Shown: positions 13,718-22,308 of the stretch, piece by piece
Layout: each line of letters opens with the position of its first letter
How positions within the stretch are numbered: the first letter of the stretch is position 1
Source: an uncultured Anaerolineales bacterium
GTDB lineage: Bacteria > Chloroflexota > Anaerolineae > B4-G1
Assembly (NCBI GenBank): GCA_964597105.1
Contig: CAZQXX010000004.1
Coordinates: forward strand, 1-38,727
Reading direction: 5' to 3'
Length of the DNA stretch: 38,727 nucleotides
The notes under the pieces: generated by a model
The model's database searches: none
Told to the model about the DNA's origin: nothing
Seen by the model: the letters and a program-made list of their open reading frames with translations, nothing else
Program-made: the position numbers and the translations under genes

Positions 13718-14392
13718 ATGGCTGATGAACGGCGTGGGATCGATCCGGACGGGGTGGAGGCGCTGCTCTTCGATCTGGATGGGACCCTGATGGACACCGA
13801 TGACCAGATGGTGGAAAGCCTGGCTCTTCGTCTTCAGCGGCTCGGTCGACCGGAGATGTATCGCGTCGCCCGCTGGTTTGTCACGGCAGCCGAGGGCCCT
13901 GCCAATGCGCTGCTGACGGCTCTGGACGTCCTGGGGCTCGATGCGCCGCTCCTGGGGTTCTGGAAGTGGCTTAATCGCTGGCGCCAGGTCACGACGCCGG
14001 ACTATCGGCTCATGGAGGGCGCCCGCGAGGCCCTGGCCGAGCTCCGGTCCCGCTACCGCTTGGCGGTCGTGACCACGCGGGGGCTGGAGGATGCCGAGGC
14101 GTTTCTGGAGCAACATGACTTGCGGGATATGTTCGATGCGATCGTCACCCGCGAGACCACGTGGCGTCTCAAGCCCCACCCGGAGCCAATTCGCAAGGCG
14201 GCCCGGCTGCTGGGCGTTCCCGTGGAGCGCTGCGTGATGGTGGGGGACACGACCGTCGACGTGAAGAGCGCCCAGCGCGCGGGTGCCAGGGCCGTGGCAG
14301 TCGCCTGCGGGTTTGGCACGCCGGCAGAGCTGGAGCAAGCCGGTGCCAACGTCGTTCTGGACGGCATCCCGGATCTGACGTCTGTTCTCTGA
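13718..14392 (+). CDS. HAD-superfamily hydrolase (phosphoglycolate phosphatase-like)
   Basis: Motif I LLFDLDGTLMDTD, motif II VVTTRG, motif IV VGDTTVDVKSAQRAGA. Start moved from the ORF-track 13466 to the ATG at 13718, because upstream of it lies the helicase gene and then the promoter. Confidence 0.8.
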   Translation: MADERRGIDPDGVEALLFDLDGTLMDTDDQMVESLALRLQRLGRPEMYRVARWFVTAAEGPANALLTALDVLGLDAPLLGFWKWLNRWRQVTTPDYRLMEGAREALAELRSRYRLAVVTTRGLEDAEAFLEQHDLRDMFDAIVTRETTWRLKPHPEPIRKAARLLGVPVERCVMVGDTTVDVKSAQRAGARAVAVACGFGTPAELEQAGANVVLDGIPDLTSVL

Positions 14393-14448
14393 CGACCGTT
14401 CTCTGACGACAGAGAGTGCAGGGCTTCGTTGAAGGGTGCTCTTAATCA

Positions 14449-14976
14449 GTGATGGAGGAGGATGTAGTGCGCGATCTGTTGTACGCTCGCTTTAAGTCGC
14501 CGGTTGGGACGATCTGGGTCGCCTCAACGGACATCGGCATCTGCAAGATCTCCCTCGGGTCCGATCAATCGGGCGCCTTCCTCGACTGGCTTTCCGAGCA
14601 CGTAGGCCAGATGGAGCCCCGCGAGGATGGGGACGTCATGGGCTTCGCGACGTCTCAGCTTGTGGAGTACTTCTCCGGCACCCGACAGACGTTCGATCTG
14701 CCGCTTGATGTGCGCGGTACCGCTTTCCAGAGGATAGTCTGGAGTCAGGTGATCCGAATCCCATACGGCGCCACAGCGAGCTACGGTGACATTGCCCAGC
14801 TGGTCGGCAAGCCCAGGGCCTCTCGAGCAGTTGGTGGCGCCGTGGGCGCCAACCCATTGCCCATCGTCATCCCCTGCCATCGGGTGATTGGGAGTCAGGG
14901 CAACCTGGTCGGTTTTGGGGCTGGGCTAGACGTCAAGGAGTCGCTGCTGGAGCTGGAGGGTGCGTATCCGTCGTAG
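14449..14976 (+). CDS. ogt: methylated-DNA--protein-cysteine methyltransferase
   Basis: Active-site IPCHRVIG with flanking YGDIA..GKPRASRAVGGAVGANPLPIVIPCHRV. The start is uncertain: GTG 14449, ATG 14452, or GTG 14467, which lies 4 nt after a strong GGAGGAGGA. Confidence 0.9.
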   Translation: MMEEDVVRDLLYARFKSPVGTIWVASTDIGICKISLGSDQSGAFLDWLSEHVGQMEPREDGDVMGFATSQLVEYFSGTRQTFDLPLDVRGTAFQRIVWSQVIRIPYGATASYGDIAQLVGKPRASRAVGGAVGANPLPIVIPCHRVIGSQGNLVGFGAGLDVKESLLELEGAYPS

Positions 14977-15049
14977 ATCGCCAGGCGATCCGAGTCCTCG
15001 GCGCGAATCGCCGGCTGGCCGGGGCCGTCACCTGGCCCTGGAGGGGCAG

Positions 15050-15610
15050 ATGCAGAGAGGGGCGGTAGCTGTAGCGGTGGCCGGAATGATGGTGGCGGCA
15101 AGCGCCCTCGCCTGCAACGCGCCCGCGGATACGCCTGTCGTGACCGGTGCGCCGTCCGCTGGGACTGGCGTGCCCCCGGCTACTGAATCTGTTACCTCAC
15201 CGACGCCCCCGCCGGCGGAGACGGAGGCTGTGTCCCCAACGCTATCGGCGTCTCCCCCGGGGACGCCGACCGTGGAGACTCCCTCACCGACGCCGACTCC
15301 CACAGCCACACAGCCCGCAGAGGTCGAGCCACTGGAGATCGGGAGTCCCGGCTTCGACATGGTGGACTGGAGCCCGTTACCCGGAACCGGGGAATGGGAA
15401 GGCCAGCTGCGCATAACGTTCTCCGGCGGTGTTCCGCCCTACCAGTTTGCGCTGGAGGGGAACCAGCCTCAGGATGAGAATCTCCTGACCCTGCGCTGGA
15501 GAAACTGCAAGAACGCGCCGCTCACCGTGCGGGTCCTCTCCGGCGATGGGCAGGAGGCCAGGAAGCAGATCTGGATCGAGTCGCCCTATTGTCCGGAGTC
15601 CGACCAGTGA
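15050..15610 (+). CDS. hypothetical lipoprotein with Pro/Thr-rich linker
   Basis: ATG at 15050 is preceded by GGAGGGG. The signal peptide ends in the lipobox-like ALAC. A PT/PS-rich linker is followed by a roughly 90-aa domain with two Cys. I recognise no family. Confidence 0.6.
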   Translation: MQRGAVAVAVAGMMVAASALACNAPADTPVVTGAPSAGTGVPPATESVTSPTPPPAETEAVSPTLSASPPGTPTVETPSPTPTPTATQPAEVEPLEIGSPGFDMVDWSPLPGTGEWEGQLRITFSGGVPPYQFALEGNQPQDENLLTLRWRNCKNAPLTVRVLSGDGQEARKQIWIESPYCPESDQ

Positions 15611-15661
15611 TCGCTACTGCAGTGAATCCTCCCCGGGGTGACCGGGAGACTCGGGTGTGTG

Positions 15662-16936
15662 ATGCGTGAAGATCTGAGACAGCGGCTGCGGGAGCTTGGC
15701 GTGGTGCGGGGCGTGCGTGAACTGCGTCAGCGGCAGACCACGGAGGCCTTCGCTATCGAAGATCTCGTCTCCGGCCGGTTTCACACCACCGGCCGCGGGC
15801 AGTGTTTCGTGGTCGACGAGACCTATCCGCTGGCCCACCGCCATGGCGACCTGCCCCTGTCCGCGTTTCTGGAGGTGCCGGCGCCGGTCATCGCCCAGGT
15901 GGAAGGGGAGGAGAGGTTCCACGACGTGGATCTACGTCGGGTCTGCTTCCTCGACACCGAGACCACGGGTCTGTCGGGCGGGACGGGGACGATGGCCTTC
16001 ATCGTCGGTCTGGGTTTCTTCGACGAGGAGGGCTTCTGCGTCCGCCAGTACTTCTTGCGCGATCCCGGGGACGAGCCAGCGATGATCGAGGCCCTCACCG
16101 AGGGGATCCCCAGGTTCGAGGCCCTCGTCTCCTTCAATGGACGGGCCTTCGACGTGCCGATCATCGAGAACCGCCTCATCCTGGCGCGCGAGATGCCGAC
16201 CCTGCGGCAGATGCCCCACTTCGATCTGCTCCATCCTGCGCGCCGGCTGTGGCGCTATGCCCTCTCCTCGTGCGCCCTCACGTCTCTCGAGCGGGACGTC
16301 CTGGGCGTGCGCCGCGAGCAGGCTGACGTCCCCAGCGGGGTGATCCCCTACCTGTACCGGGATTACCTCCGGACCGGTGACGCTCGTGATATGAGACGCG
16401 TCCTCTACCACAATGAGATCGATATTCTGAGTATGGTGACGCTGGCGGCTCGTCTCTGCCGTGCGGTCGCCGATCCGTGGCATGCGGGGGACTATGAAGA
16501 GCGGCGCGAGTTGAGCGGTGGTGAGCTCTACGCGCTGGGTCGCTGGTATGCCGACGAGGGGAGGATCGGGGAAGGAGAGCGGGCCTATCGCACTGCCCTT
16601 CACTCGCGCCACGGGACCGAGCCCGCGTTGCGCAGGCGGACGCTACGCGAGCTGGCCTACCTCTTGAAGCGGAGTGACCGGCGAGACGAGGCTTTTTCGC
16701 TCTGGCAACAGCTGGCTCTCGAGTCTGACGGTCAAGCCGACGTGCTGGCCCACGTGGAGCTGGCGAAGTATTTCGAATGGTACGTCGAGGATCTTCCCCG
16801 GGCGACGGCCTGGACGGAGGCCGCCCTGAGGAAGGTCAGCACCTGGTCGGCGGGGAAGCGCCGGGACGAGACGCGGGCCGAGCTGCGCCATCGTCTCTCG
16901 CGCCTGGAGCGGAAGATGGAGCAGGTGGGGGCGTAG
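15662..16936 (+). CDS. mrfB: MrfB/YprB-type (COG3359) RNase H-like DEDDh 3'-5' exonuclease with C-terminal TPR-like repeats
   Basis: Exo I VCFLDTETTGL, Exo II SFNGRAFDVPIIE, Exo III LYHNEIDILS (H-x3-D). The C-terminal third has helical TPR-like repeats (YALGRWYADEGRIGEGERAYRTAL...). The start is ambiguous (ATG 15662 or GTG 15638). Confidence 0.8.
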   Translation: MREDLRQRLRELGVVRGVRELRQRQTTEAFAIEDLVSGRFHTTGRGQCFVVDETYPLAHRHGDLPLSAFLEVPAPVIAQVEGEERFHDVDLRRVCFLDTETTGLSGGTGTMAFIVGLGFFDEEGFCVRQYFLRDPGDEPAMIEALTEGIPRFEALVSFNGRAFDVPIIENRLILAREMPTLRQMPHFDLLHPARRLWRYALSSCALTSLERDVLGVRREQADVPSGVIPYLYRDYLRTGDARDMRRVLYHNEIDILSMVTLAARLCRAVADPWHAGDYEERRELSGGELYALGRWYADEGRIGEGERAYRTALHSRHGTEPALRRRTLRELAYLLKRSDRRDEAFSLWQQLALESDGQADVLAHVELAKYFEWYVEDLPRATAWTEAALRKVSTWSAGKRRDETRAELRHRLSRLERKMEQVGA

Positions 16937-17012
16937 CCTGCGAGACCGGGGGGCGAAACGATGGAACTTCCGCTTCTTGCCCCGCGTCTATATGGTTGGA
17001 GAGCTTCCTGGC

Positions 17013-17041
17013 TTGGACTCTGGTCAGGACTGTGCTAGAAT
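17013..17041 (+). promoter_or_regulatory. extended -10 promoter candidate for the L,D-transpeptidase operon
   Basis: TTGGAC (17013-17018), 17-nt spacer, TGcTAGAAT (-10 at 17036-17041). GGAG lies 7 nt before the ATG at 17078. Confidence 0.55.
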
Positions 17042-17077
17042 AGTGGTCAAGCATCCCATCAAATACGGAGATCTGAT

Positions 17078-18268
17078 ATGCGTCGCTGGATAATCCTTGC
17101 ATCGCTCATCTTACTCGCGGCATTGGCTCCAGAGGCCGAACCCGCCGTTGCGGCAGCTGCCTCGGATCCCGAGGCTGCTGCCACCACTGTCAGCCGCTAC
17201 GTCTGCGTGCCGAACATGGTGTGGCGCGATCCCGCGCTCTGTCCGTCCCACGGCCCGGGTACGACTGCCTATCGCCTGGCGTCCTTCAATCTGCCCGACC
17301 CGCTTCCTGAGTTGCCTGTCCAGGAGATTCCCGAGGAGGAAGATGACGATCTTCTTCCCCGCACCTATGCCCACGTCACCACCCTGCCTCTCGACGTCTA
17401 TCACCATCCGATGGAGGCCGCCGAAGGGCTCCCGCCTGCGCGAACCCTGTTGTCGGGCGACTGGTGGGTCAGTGTCGAGGGAGCGGTCGAGTTCGAGGGC
17501 CAGAGATGGTACAAGATCAATGAGGATGAGTTCGTGCCCGCCGATACGCTGGCATTCGCCAGCCCCTCCAAGTTCCGCGGTGTCTACCTCGAGGAGCAGC
17601 CCCAGCACCCGTTTGCCTGGATAAACCGCTGGACCCAGCCGTCGATCGTGCCCCAGGGCGCACTGAACGAGAGCGTTGTGCTCGAGCGGTACCAGCGGGT
17701 GACGATCTTCGGTGAGGAACGGCGGGGTAGCGACGAGATTTGGTATCTGGTGGGGCAGGATCAATGGGTCGAGCAGAGCAACGTGTCGCGGGTGGACGTC
17801 GACCCGCCACAGGAGGAGATCGGGCCGGGCGAGAAATGGATCGAGATCGACTTGTTTGAGCAGACCATCGCTGCCTACGAGGGGCCGCGCATGGTCTACG
17901 CCACGATGATCTCCAGCGGGCGAACCGCCACCGCGACGCCGCCGGGTCTCTACCGCGTCTATTACAAGGTTCGCGAGGGGAAGATGAGTAATCCCGACAC
18001 CGAGGACGGGAGTCCGGCCTGGTACTACATTGAGGACGTGCCCTGGACGTTGTACTTCCATCAGGGATACTCAATCCACGCCGCTTTCTGGCACGACGCC
18101 TTCGGCTTCCTGCGCAGCCACGGCTGCGTCAACCTGGCGCCCCGCGACGCCGAGTGGTTCTTCAACTGGGCCGATCCGCCAATGCCCGAGGGCGAGAGGA
18201 CGCTTTTCGTCCCCGAGGGCGGTCAGACGACCTGGGTCTGGTCGCATTTCAGCTCTCCGTTTGAGTAG
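17078..18268 (+). CDS. L,D-transpeptidase (YkuD domain) with N-terminal signal peptide
   Basis: YkuD catalytic region HQGYSIHAAFWHDAFGFLRSHGCVNLAPRDAEWFFNW (the His...SHGCxN motif), plus the upstream IEIDLFEQTIAAYEG strand typical of the fold. Confidence 0.9.
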   Translation: MRRWIILASLILLAALAPEAEPAVAAAASDPEAAATTVSRYVCVPNMVWRDPALCPSHGPGTTAYRLASFNLPDPLPELPVQEIPEEEDDDLLPRTYAHVTTLPLDVYHHPMEAAEGLPPARTLLSGDWWVSVEGAVEFEGQRWYKINEDEFVPADTLAFASPSKFRGVYLEEQPQHPFAWINRWTQPSIVPQGALNESVVLERYQRVTIFGEERRGSDEIWYLVGQDQWVEQSNVSRVDVDPPQEEIGPGEKWIEIDLFEQTIAAYEGPRMVYATMISSGRTATATPPGLYRVYYKVREGKMSNPDTEDGSPAWYYIEDVPWTLYFHQGYSIHAAFWHDAFGFLRSHGCVNLAPRDAEWFFNWADPPMPEGERTLFVPEGGQTTWVWSHFSSPFE

Positions 18269-18291
18269 GGCCTGGGGCCTATAGGACGTTG

Positions 18292-19992
18292 ATGACTTCA
18301 TCATCTCCCTCGCGCCGGGTGCTCTGGCCCGTGCTCGTCGGCGGCCTGGCGCTGGTGGGGACGCTCCTCATTGCCTGGAGCTTCGTCATGGCCCCCGGGG
18401 GCCCGGTCCCTGCAGGGCCGCCGTCCCCCACGCCCACCCCGCCTCCTCCGACGCCGACGCCCACAAACACACCCACACCCGTGCCATCGCCGACGCCGAC
18501 CCCGGCCTACCCGGTGACGGCGAGCTGTGGCGATGGTGTCCCGGTGGATATCTGCGGCCGGTTACAGGATGCCGTGGTCCAGGATTCGGATCACTTCGCC
18601 TGGATCGACGACGCGGCGGCTGCTGACGTCCAGGTCGGCATCGACTCCCTTCCCAATGCTCGACTCTTCGCGACCCAGGTCTACGCCCTCGTGGCCCCCT
18701 TCTTCACCCTGGAGGACGATGTCTCGTCGGCGGATCTGAGGGCTGCCTGGAGCGGCGAACCGGCCGGTCCCTTCGCTGACCATCCCCTCCTGGTCTCGCC
18801 CGACATCCAGCAGGCGTTGCCTCTCGGGGCGCCCGCCGATGACCTGCGGATCGTCGAGCCGTCTGCCGTGCTGACGCAGGCGATCGAGCTCGATGCCTGG
18901 GCGATCGTTCCCTTCGACGCCCTGGAGCCTCGCTGGAAGGTACTGCGCGTCGACGGCCTCTCTCCTCTGGACCGAGACCTCGACCTGGACGCCTACCCGT
19001 TGGTGACGAGGATTGTTCTCGGGTCGGAGACCCGGCCTGACGTCCTGTCGATGCTGCCGGCCGGCGTGACCAACCGCGATCCCGAGAAGATGTCGGTGGT
19101 GATGATGACGGGGGTCACCGCCCTGACACGCCGTACGGCGGTGACGATGGAGCGTGAAGGAGTCACCTTCCCGGGGCGCGATATCCGCGAGTGGATGATC
19201 GAGCCCGACATCACCCATACGAGCAACGAGGTTTCCTTCGCCGAGGACTGCCCGCCTCCGACGGGAGAATCGACGATGGTCTTCTGTTCCGACCCCCGCT
19301 ATTTCGAGCTACTGCCGTACGTCGACATCGACGTCCTGGAGTTGACGGGCAATCACCTCCTCGATTGGGGCGTGAGCGCGATGGAGAACTCCCTGGAGAT
19401 GTACGAGGCGCACGATTTGCGAACATTCGGTGGTGGCTGGACGCTGGAGCAAGCCCGGCGGCCCCTGACGGTGACCCACGGCGTGCATACCTTCGGCTTC
19501 GTGGGCTGCAATCCGGTGGGGCCCCCGTATGCCTGGGCGACGGCCGAGAGCCCCGGTGCGGCGCCCTGCGACTATGACCTGCTCGTCAGCCAGGTGCGCG
19601 GCCTGCGCGAGCGGGGGATCATCCCCATCGTCACCTTCCAGTATCTGGAGGTCGACCGGTACGGCCCGACAGCGAGTCAGCAGGCCGATTTCCGTGCTAT
19701 GGCCGCGGCCGGGGCGGCGATCGTCAGCGGCAGTCAGGCCCATTGGCCGCAGGGGTTCGACTTCCACGGCGATGGGTTCATTCACTACGGCCTTGGCAAC
19801 CTGTTTTTCGATCAGATGCAGCGTCTGGAGTATCGGCAAGAGTTCCTCGATCGACACGTGTTCTACGACGGCCGGCACGTTAGCACAGAGCTGCTCACGG
19901 CAATGCTGGAGGACTACGCTCGCCCGCGTCCGATGACACCCGAGGAGCGGCGCCAGCTTCTCCAGGCGACGTTCGCGGTGAGCGAGTGGTGA
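18292..19992 (+). CDS. CapA/PGA_cap family (metallophosphatase-fold) membrane-anchored protein with PT linker
   Basis: N-terminal TM helix and PT-rich linker. The C-terminal region resembles CapA family blocks (LELTGNHLLDWG, FGGG, VSGSQAHWPQGF, HYGLGNLFFDQ). The usual N-terminal GD metal motif is not obvious (MMTGVT). Confidence 0.75.
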   Translation: MTSSSPSRRVLWPVLVGGLALVGTLLIAWSFVMAPGGPVPAGPPSPTPTPPPPTPTPTNTPTPVPSPTPTPAYPVTASCGDGVPVDICGRLQDAVVQDSDHFAWIDDAAAADVQVGIDSLPNARLFATQVYALVAPFFTLEDDVSSADLRAAWSGEPAGPFADHPLLVSPDIQQALPLGAPADDLRIVEPSAVLTQAIELDAWAIVPFDALEPRWKVLRVDGLSPLDRDLDLDAYPLVTRIVLGSETRPDVLSMLPAGVTNRDPEKMSVVMMTGVTALTRRTAVTMEREGVTFPGRDIREWMIEPDITHTSNEVSFAEDCPPPTGESTMVFCSDPRYFELLPYVDIDVLELTGNHLLDWGVSAMENSLEMYEAHDLRTFGGGWTLEQARRPLTVTHGVHTFGFVGCNPVGPPYAWATAESPGAAPCDYDLLVSQVRGLRERGIIPIVTFQYLEVDRYGPTASQQADFRAMAAAGAAIVSGSQAHWPQGFDFHGDGFIHYGLGNLFFDQMQRLEYRQEFLDRHVFYDGRHVSTELLTAMLEDYARPRPMTPEERRQLLQATFAVSEW

Positions 19993-20011
19993 CCGTGGTT
20001 GAGGAGACGGC

Positions 20012-20470
20012 ATGAACCGGGAACGGGACGCTGAAAGCACAGACACAGGGCAAGACGGGCAACTAACGCAGCGGGATGAGGCGTTGTCTGCGAGTCCAGA
20101 CACGGGCTCCCCGGTGCACGCCACGGCTCCCCTGGACCCGATCTATGCCTGGGGCATCGTGCTCGAGCCCGTGGAGACCTTGATTGAGTGCACCGCCAGC
20201 TTCATCGAGCAGCTGGCCCGCGAGACCCGGGAGCGGGGGGAGAGCTTCAGCGACGAGGAGTTGGAGGGGAGGTTTCTTGCCTTGTTCGAGCGTCTGGTGG
20301 ACGAGGGAACTCTCCGTCGCCTGCCCGACGCGTCGCCGGAGATGGGCCGTCAGATTCTAGGCCCTCGTCGCTGGTTGCGTGCCCAGCGGATCCGCATCGA
20401 GCGCCTCGCCGAGCTGGAGGCCGGAGAAGAGGCGACTGGTCGGACTACGCCGTCCCGCCCTGATCGCTGA
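20012..20470 (+). CDS. hypothetical acidic protein
   Basis: 152-aa ORF with a good GAGGAG 5 nt before the ATG, 19 nt after the capA-like stop. I recognise no family. Its 3' end overlaps the convergent GT2 gene by 26 nt. Confidence 0.5.
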   Translation: MNRERDAESTDTGQDGQLTQRDEALSASPDTGSPVHATAPLDPIYAWGIVLEPVETLIECTASFIEQLARETRERGESFSDEELEGRFLALFERLVDEGTLRRLPDASPEMGRQILGPRRWLRAQRIRIERLAELEAGEEATGRTTPSRPDR

Positions 20471-21146
20471 TGATAGCGCGGCGTCGGCGCCAGGCGCGCC
20501 ACACCATGTCCAGGAAGCGGGCCGAGTCCTTTATGGGGTGGAAGTAGCTCGTCTTGTTGACGCCGTAGATCGTGCGGATCTCCACCCAGCCGATGCGCAT
20601 ACCCTGGCATACAGCCTGGATGATGAGCTCCACCTCCAGCTCGAAGCCGGTCGTCGTCAGGTCGAGCGTCTGCAGGAGGCGTCGGCCGTGGAGCCTGAAC
20701 CCGCTCTGGTTGTCGAAGATACGCTCCTTCAACACCAGTGACAGGAGCCACGAGCCAAACGGGTTCGTGTATCCCCGCGGGAACGGCATCTGCTGGAACG
20801 TTCGTTTCCCGATGATGAGATCCCACTCGCCGGTCTCATAGGCGCGGAGGAACGTCGGGATGTCGTCGGGATCGTGCTGACCGTCGGCGTCAAGCGTGAG
20901 GACGGCGTCGTAGTCGTGGTCGAGGGCCCAATCGAAGCCGGTCATCAGGGCGACGCCCTTGCCGCGGTTCCGACGGTGGCTCACGACGGCGGCCCCGGCC
21001 CGTTCCGCCACGGTGACCGTGTGGTCCCGAGAGCCGTCGTCCACGACGAGAACTGGCACGTAGGCACTGGTGGCCTCGACGACGGGGCCGAGGCGCGGGC
21101 CTTCATTCCAGGCCGGAATCAGAGCTAGAATACGAGTGTCGCTCAT
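20445..21146 (-). CDS. family-2 glycosyltransferase, polyprenyl-phosphate sugar synthase-like (DPM1/ArnC/GtrB-like)
   Basis: ALIPAWNEG...VLVVDDGSRDHT...NRGKGVALMTG...LTLDADGQHDPDDIP are typical of GtrB/ArnC-type GT2 enzymes. Start set at ATG 21144-21146 (MSDTRIL), with GGGAGAG upstream. Confidence 0.85.
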   Translation of the reverse strand: MSDTRILALIPAWNEGPRLGPVVEATSAYVPVLVVDDGSRDHTVTVAERAGAAVVSHRRNRGKGVALMTGFDWALDHDYDAVLTLDADGQHDPDDIPTFLRAYETGEWDLIIGKRTFQQMPFPRGYTNPFGSWLLSLVLKERIFDNQSGFRLHGRRLLQTLDLTTTGFELEVELIIQAVCQGMRIGWVEIRTIYGVNKTSYFHPIKDSARFLDMVWRAWRRRRAIISDQGGTA

Positions 21147-21162
21147 TCTCTCTCCCACAAAC

Positions 21163-21204
21163 AAAAAACCAAGAGGTTGAGGGACTCCTCATTCCACCTC
21201 TTGG
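21163..21204 (-). terminator. rho-independent terminator after tRNA-Gly
   Basis: On the minus strand, CCAAGAGGT pairs with ACCTCTTGG (9 bp), plus an inner 5-bp stem TGAGG/CCTCA with an AGTC loop, followed by TTTTTTGTTTG. Confidence 0.85.
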
Positions 21205-21213
21205 CTCTGAGAG

Positions 21214-21286
21214 AGCGGGCGACGGGACTCGAACCCGTAACCTTTTCCTTGGCAAGGAAACGTTCCACCAATTGAACTACGCCCGC
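21214..21286 (-). tRNA. tRNA-Gly (anticodon GCC)
   Basis: Hand-folded from the minus strand. Acceptor stem GCGGGCG/CGCCCGC; D stem GTTC/GAAC; anticodon stem TTTCC/GGAAA with loop TTGCCAA; T stem ACGGG/CCCGT with TTCGAGT loop; discriminator U. CCA is not encoded. Confidence 0.95.
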
Positions 21287-21298
21287 TCGACGGTCAAG

Positions 21299-21326
21299 AT
21301 TATAGCACAAGTTCTGCAGGGTGCAA
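21299..21326 (-). promoter_or_regulatory. extended -10 promoter of tRNA-Gly
   Basis: Minus-strand TTGCAC (plus 21321-21326), 16-nt spacer, TGcTATAAT (-10 at plus 21299-21304). The mature tRNA 5' end lies 12 nt downstream of the -10 box. Confidence 0.6.
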
Positions 21327-21481
21327 GTCGGGCGCCACGTCAGCGGGCGACGGAGACCCCGGGCCGACGCGACCCAGCAGCGGGCTCTCGCCTCGCGCGG
21401 GTCCGGTGGTAGGAGAGGTCTTCGGTTCGGCGATTGACGACGGCCGTCCTTTATAGTACCATCGGCTCAAGGAGGAGCGAG

Positions 21482-22291
21482 ATGGCACATCGAAGGAGCG
21501 GGCACGCTGTTGCCTACAAGGGAGCCGGTGGCGCCGGCCCCAACGTTATCCGCGCGATTGTCATTGTCACTTGCGTGGCTGCTCTGGGCACGCTGGCCCG
21601 GGGGTTTGGACAGCCTGCCTCGACAGTGGAGAGCGCGTCAAATCCTGCCACTCCCACGGTTGGGCCGACGGCGGTCGCCACCCCGGAGCCCTCGGTGGTC
21701 GCCGATAACCCGGACCCGGCGCCAGCAGGAGAGACGGAGCCGACACCCGTGCCCCATATTGGGATCGTCGCTGGACACTGGCAGTTCGATCAGGGGGCAT
21801 CCTGTCCGGACGGCCTGGACGAGGTCGACGTCAATCTCGACGTGGCGGAGCGGGTCGTCCAGTCACTGCGGGATCTCGGCTACCAGGTCGATCTGCTGGC
21901 GGAGTATGATGACCGTCTCTCAGGCTATCTGGCCGACGCCCTCGTGTCCATTCACGCCGATTCCTGCGAGCGTCTCCACAATGCCACGCCTCCCCCTACC
22001 GGTTTCAAGGTCGCGAGCGTCGTGGACAGCTACGTCCCGGAGGAGGAGCAGCGCCTGGTCGCCTGCTTGCGCGACAGCTACGGCGCCCGCACGGGGATGG
22101 TGAGGCACGACAACAGCATCACGGGCCACATGACCCAGTACCACACTTTCTATGAGATCGATGGCCGCACGCCCGGCGCCATCATCGAGGCGGGTTTCCT
22201 CTGGCTCGATCGTGAGTTGCTCACCCAGCGCCCCGACCTGGTGGCTCAGGGGATTGTGGACGGGATCGTCTGCTTCATCGAGGGAGACTGA
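21482..22291 (+). CDS. N-acetylmuramoyl-L-alanine amidase (Amidase_3 family), secreted
   Basis: Amidase_3 blocks GIVAGHWQFDQGA, VSIHADS and IIEAGFL. N-terminal TM/signal segment. ATG at 21482 is preceded by AAGGAGGAG. Confidence 0.85.
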   Translation: MAHRRSGHAVAYKGAGGAGPNVIRAIVIVTCVAALGTLARGFGQPASTVESASNPATPTVGPTAVATPEPSVVADNPDPAPAGETEPTPVPHIGIVAGHWQFDQGASCPDGLDEVDVNLDVAERVVQSLRDLGYQVDLLAEYDDRLSGYLADALVSIHADSCERLHNATPPPTGFKVASVVDSYVPEEEQRLVACLRDSYGARTGMVRHDNSITGHMTQYHTFYEIDGRTPGAIIEAGFLWLDRELLTQRPDLVAQGIVDGIVCFIEGD

Positions 22292-22308
22292 GGGGCGGGT
22301 TCCATCGG

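Noticed and set aside
678-21286. The two tRNA genes (678-751 and 21214-21286) as integration hot spots or genomic-island borders
   Set aside because: No integrase, recombinase, direct repeat of a tRNA 3' end, or compositional break is visible next to either tRNA. The flanking genes look like ordinary chromosomal genes.
21434-21457. TTGACG ... TATAGT promoter-like pair upstream of the amidase gene
   Set aside because: The hexamers are only 12 nt apart, too close for sigma70 recognition. No alternative -35 box exists at 16-18 nt. Not reported as a promoter.
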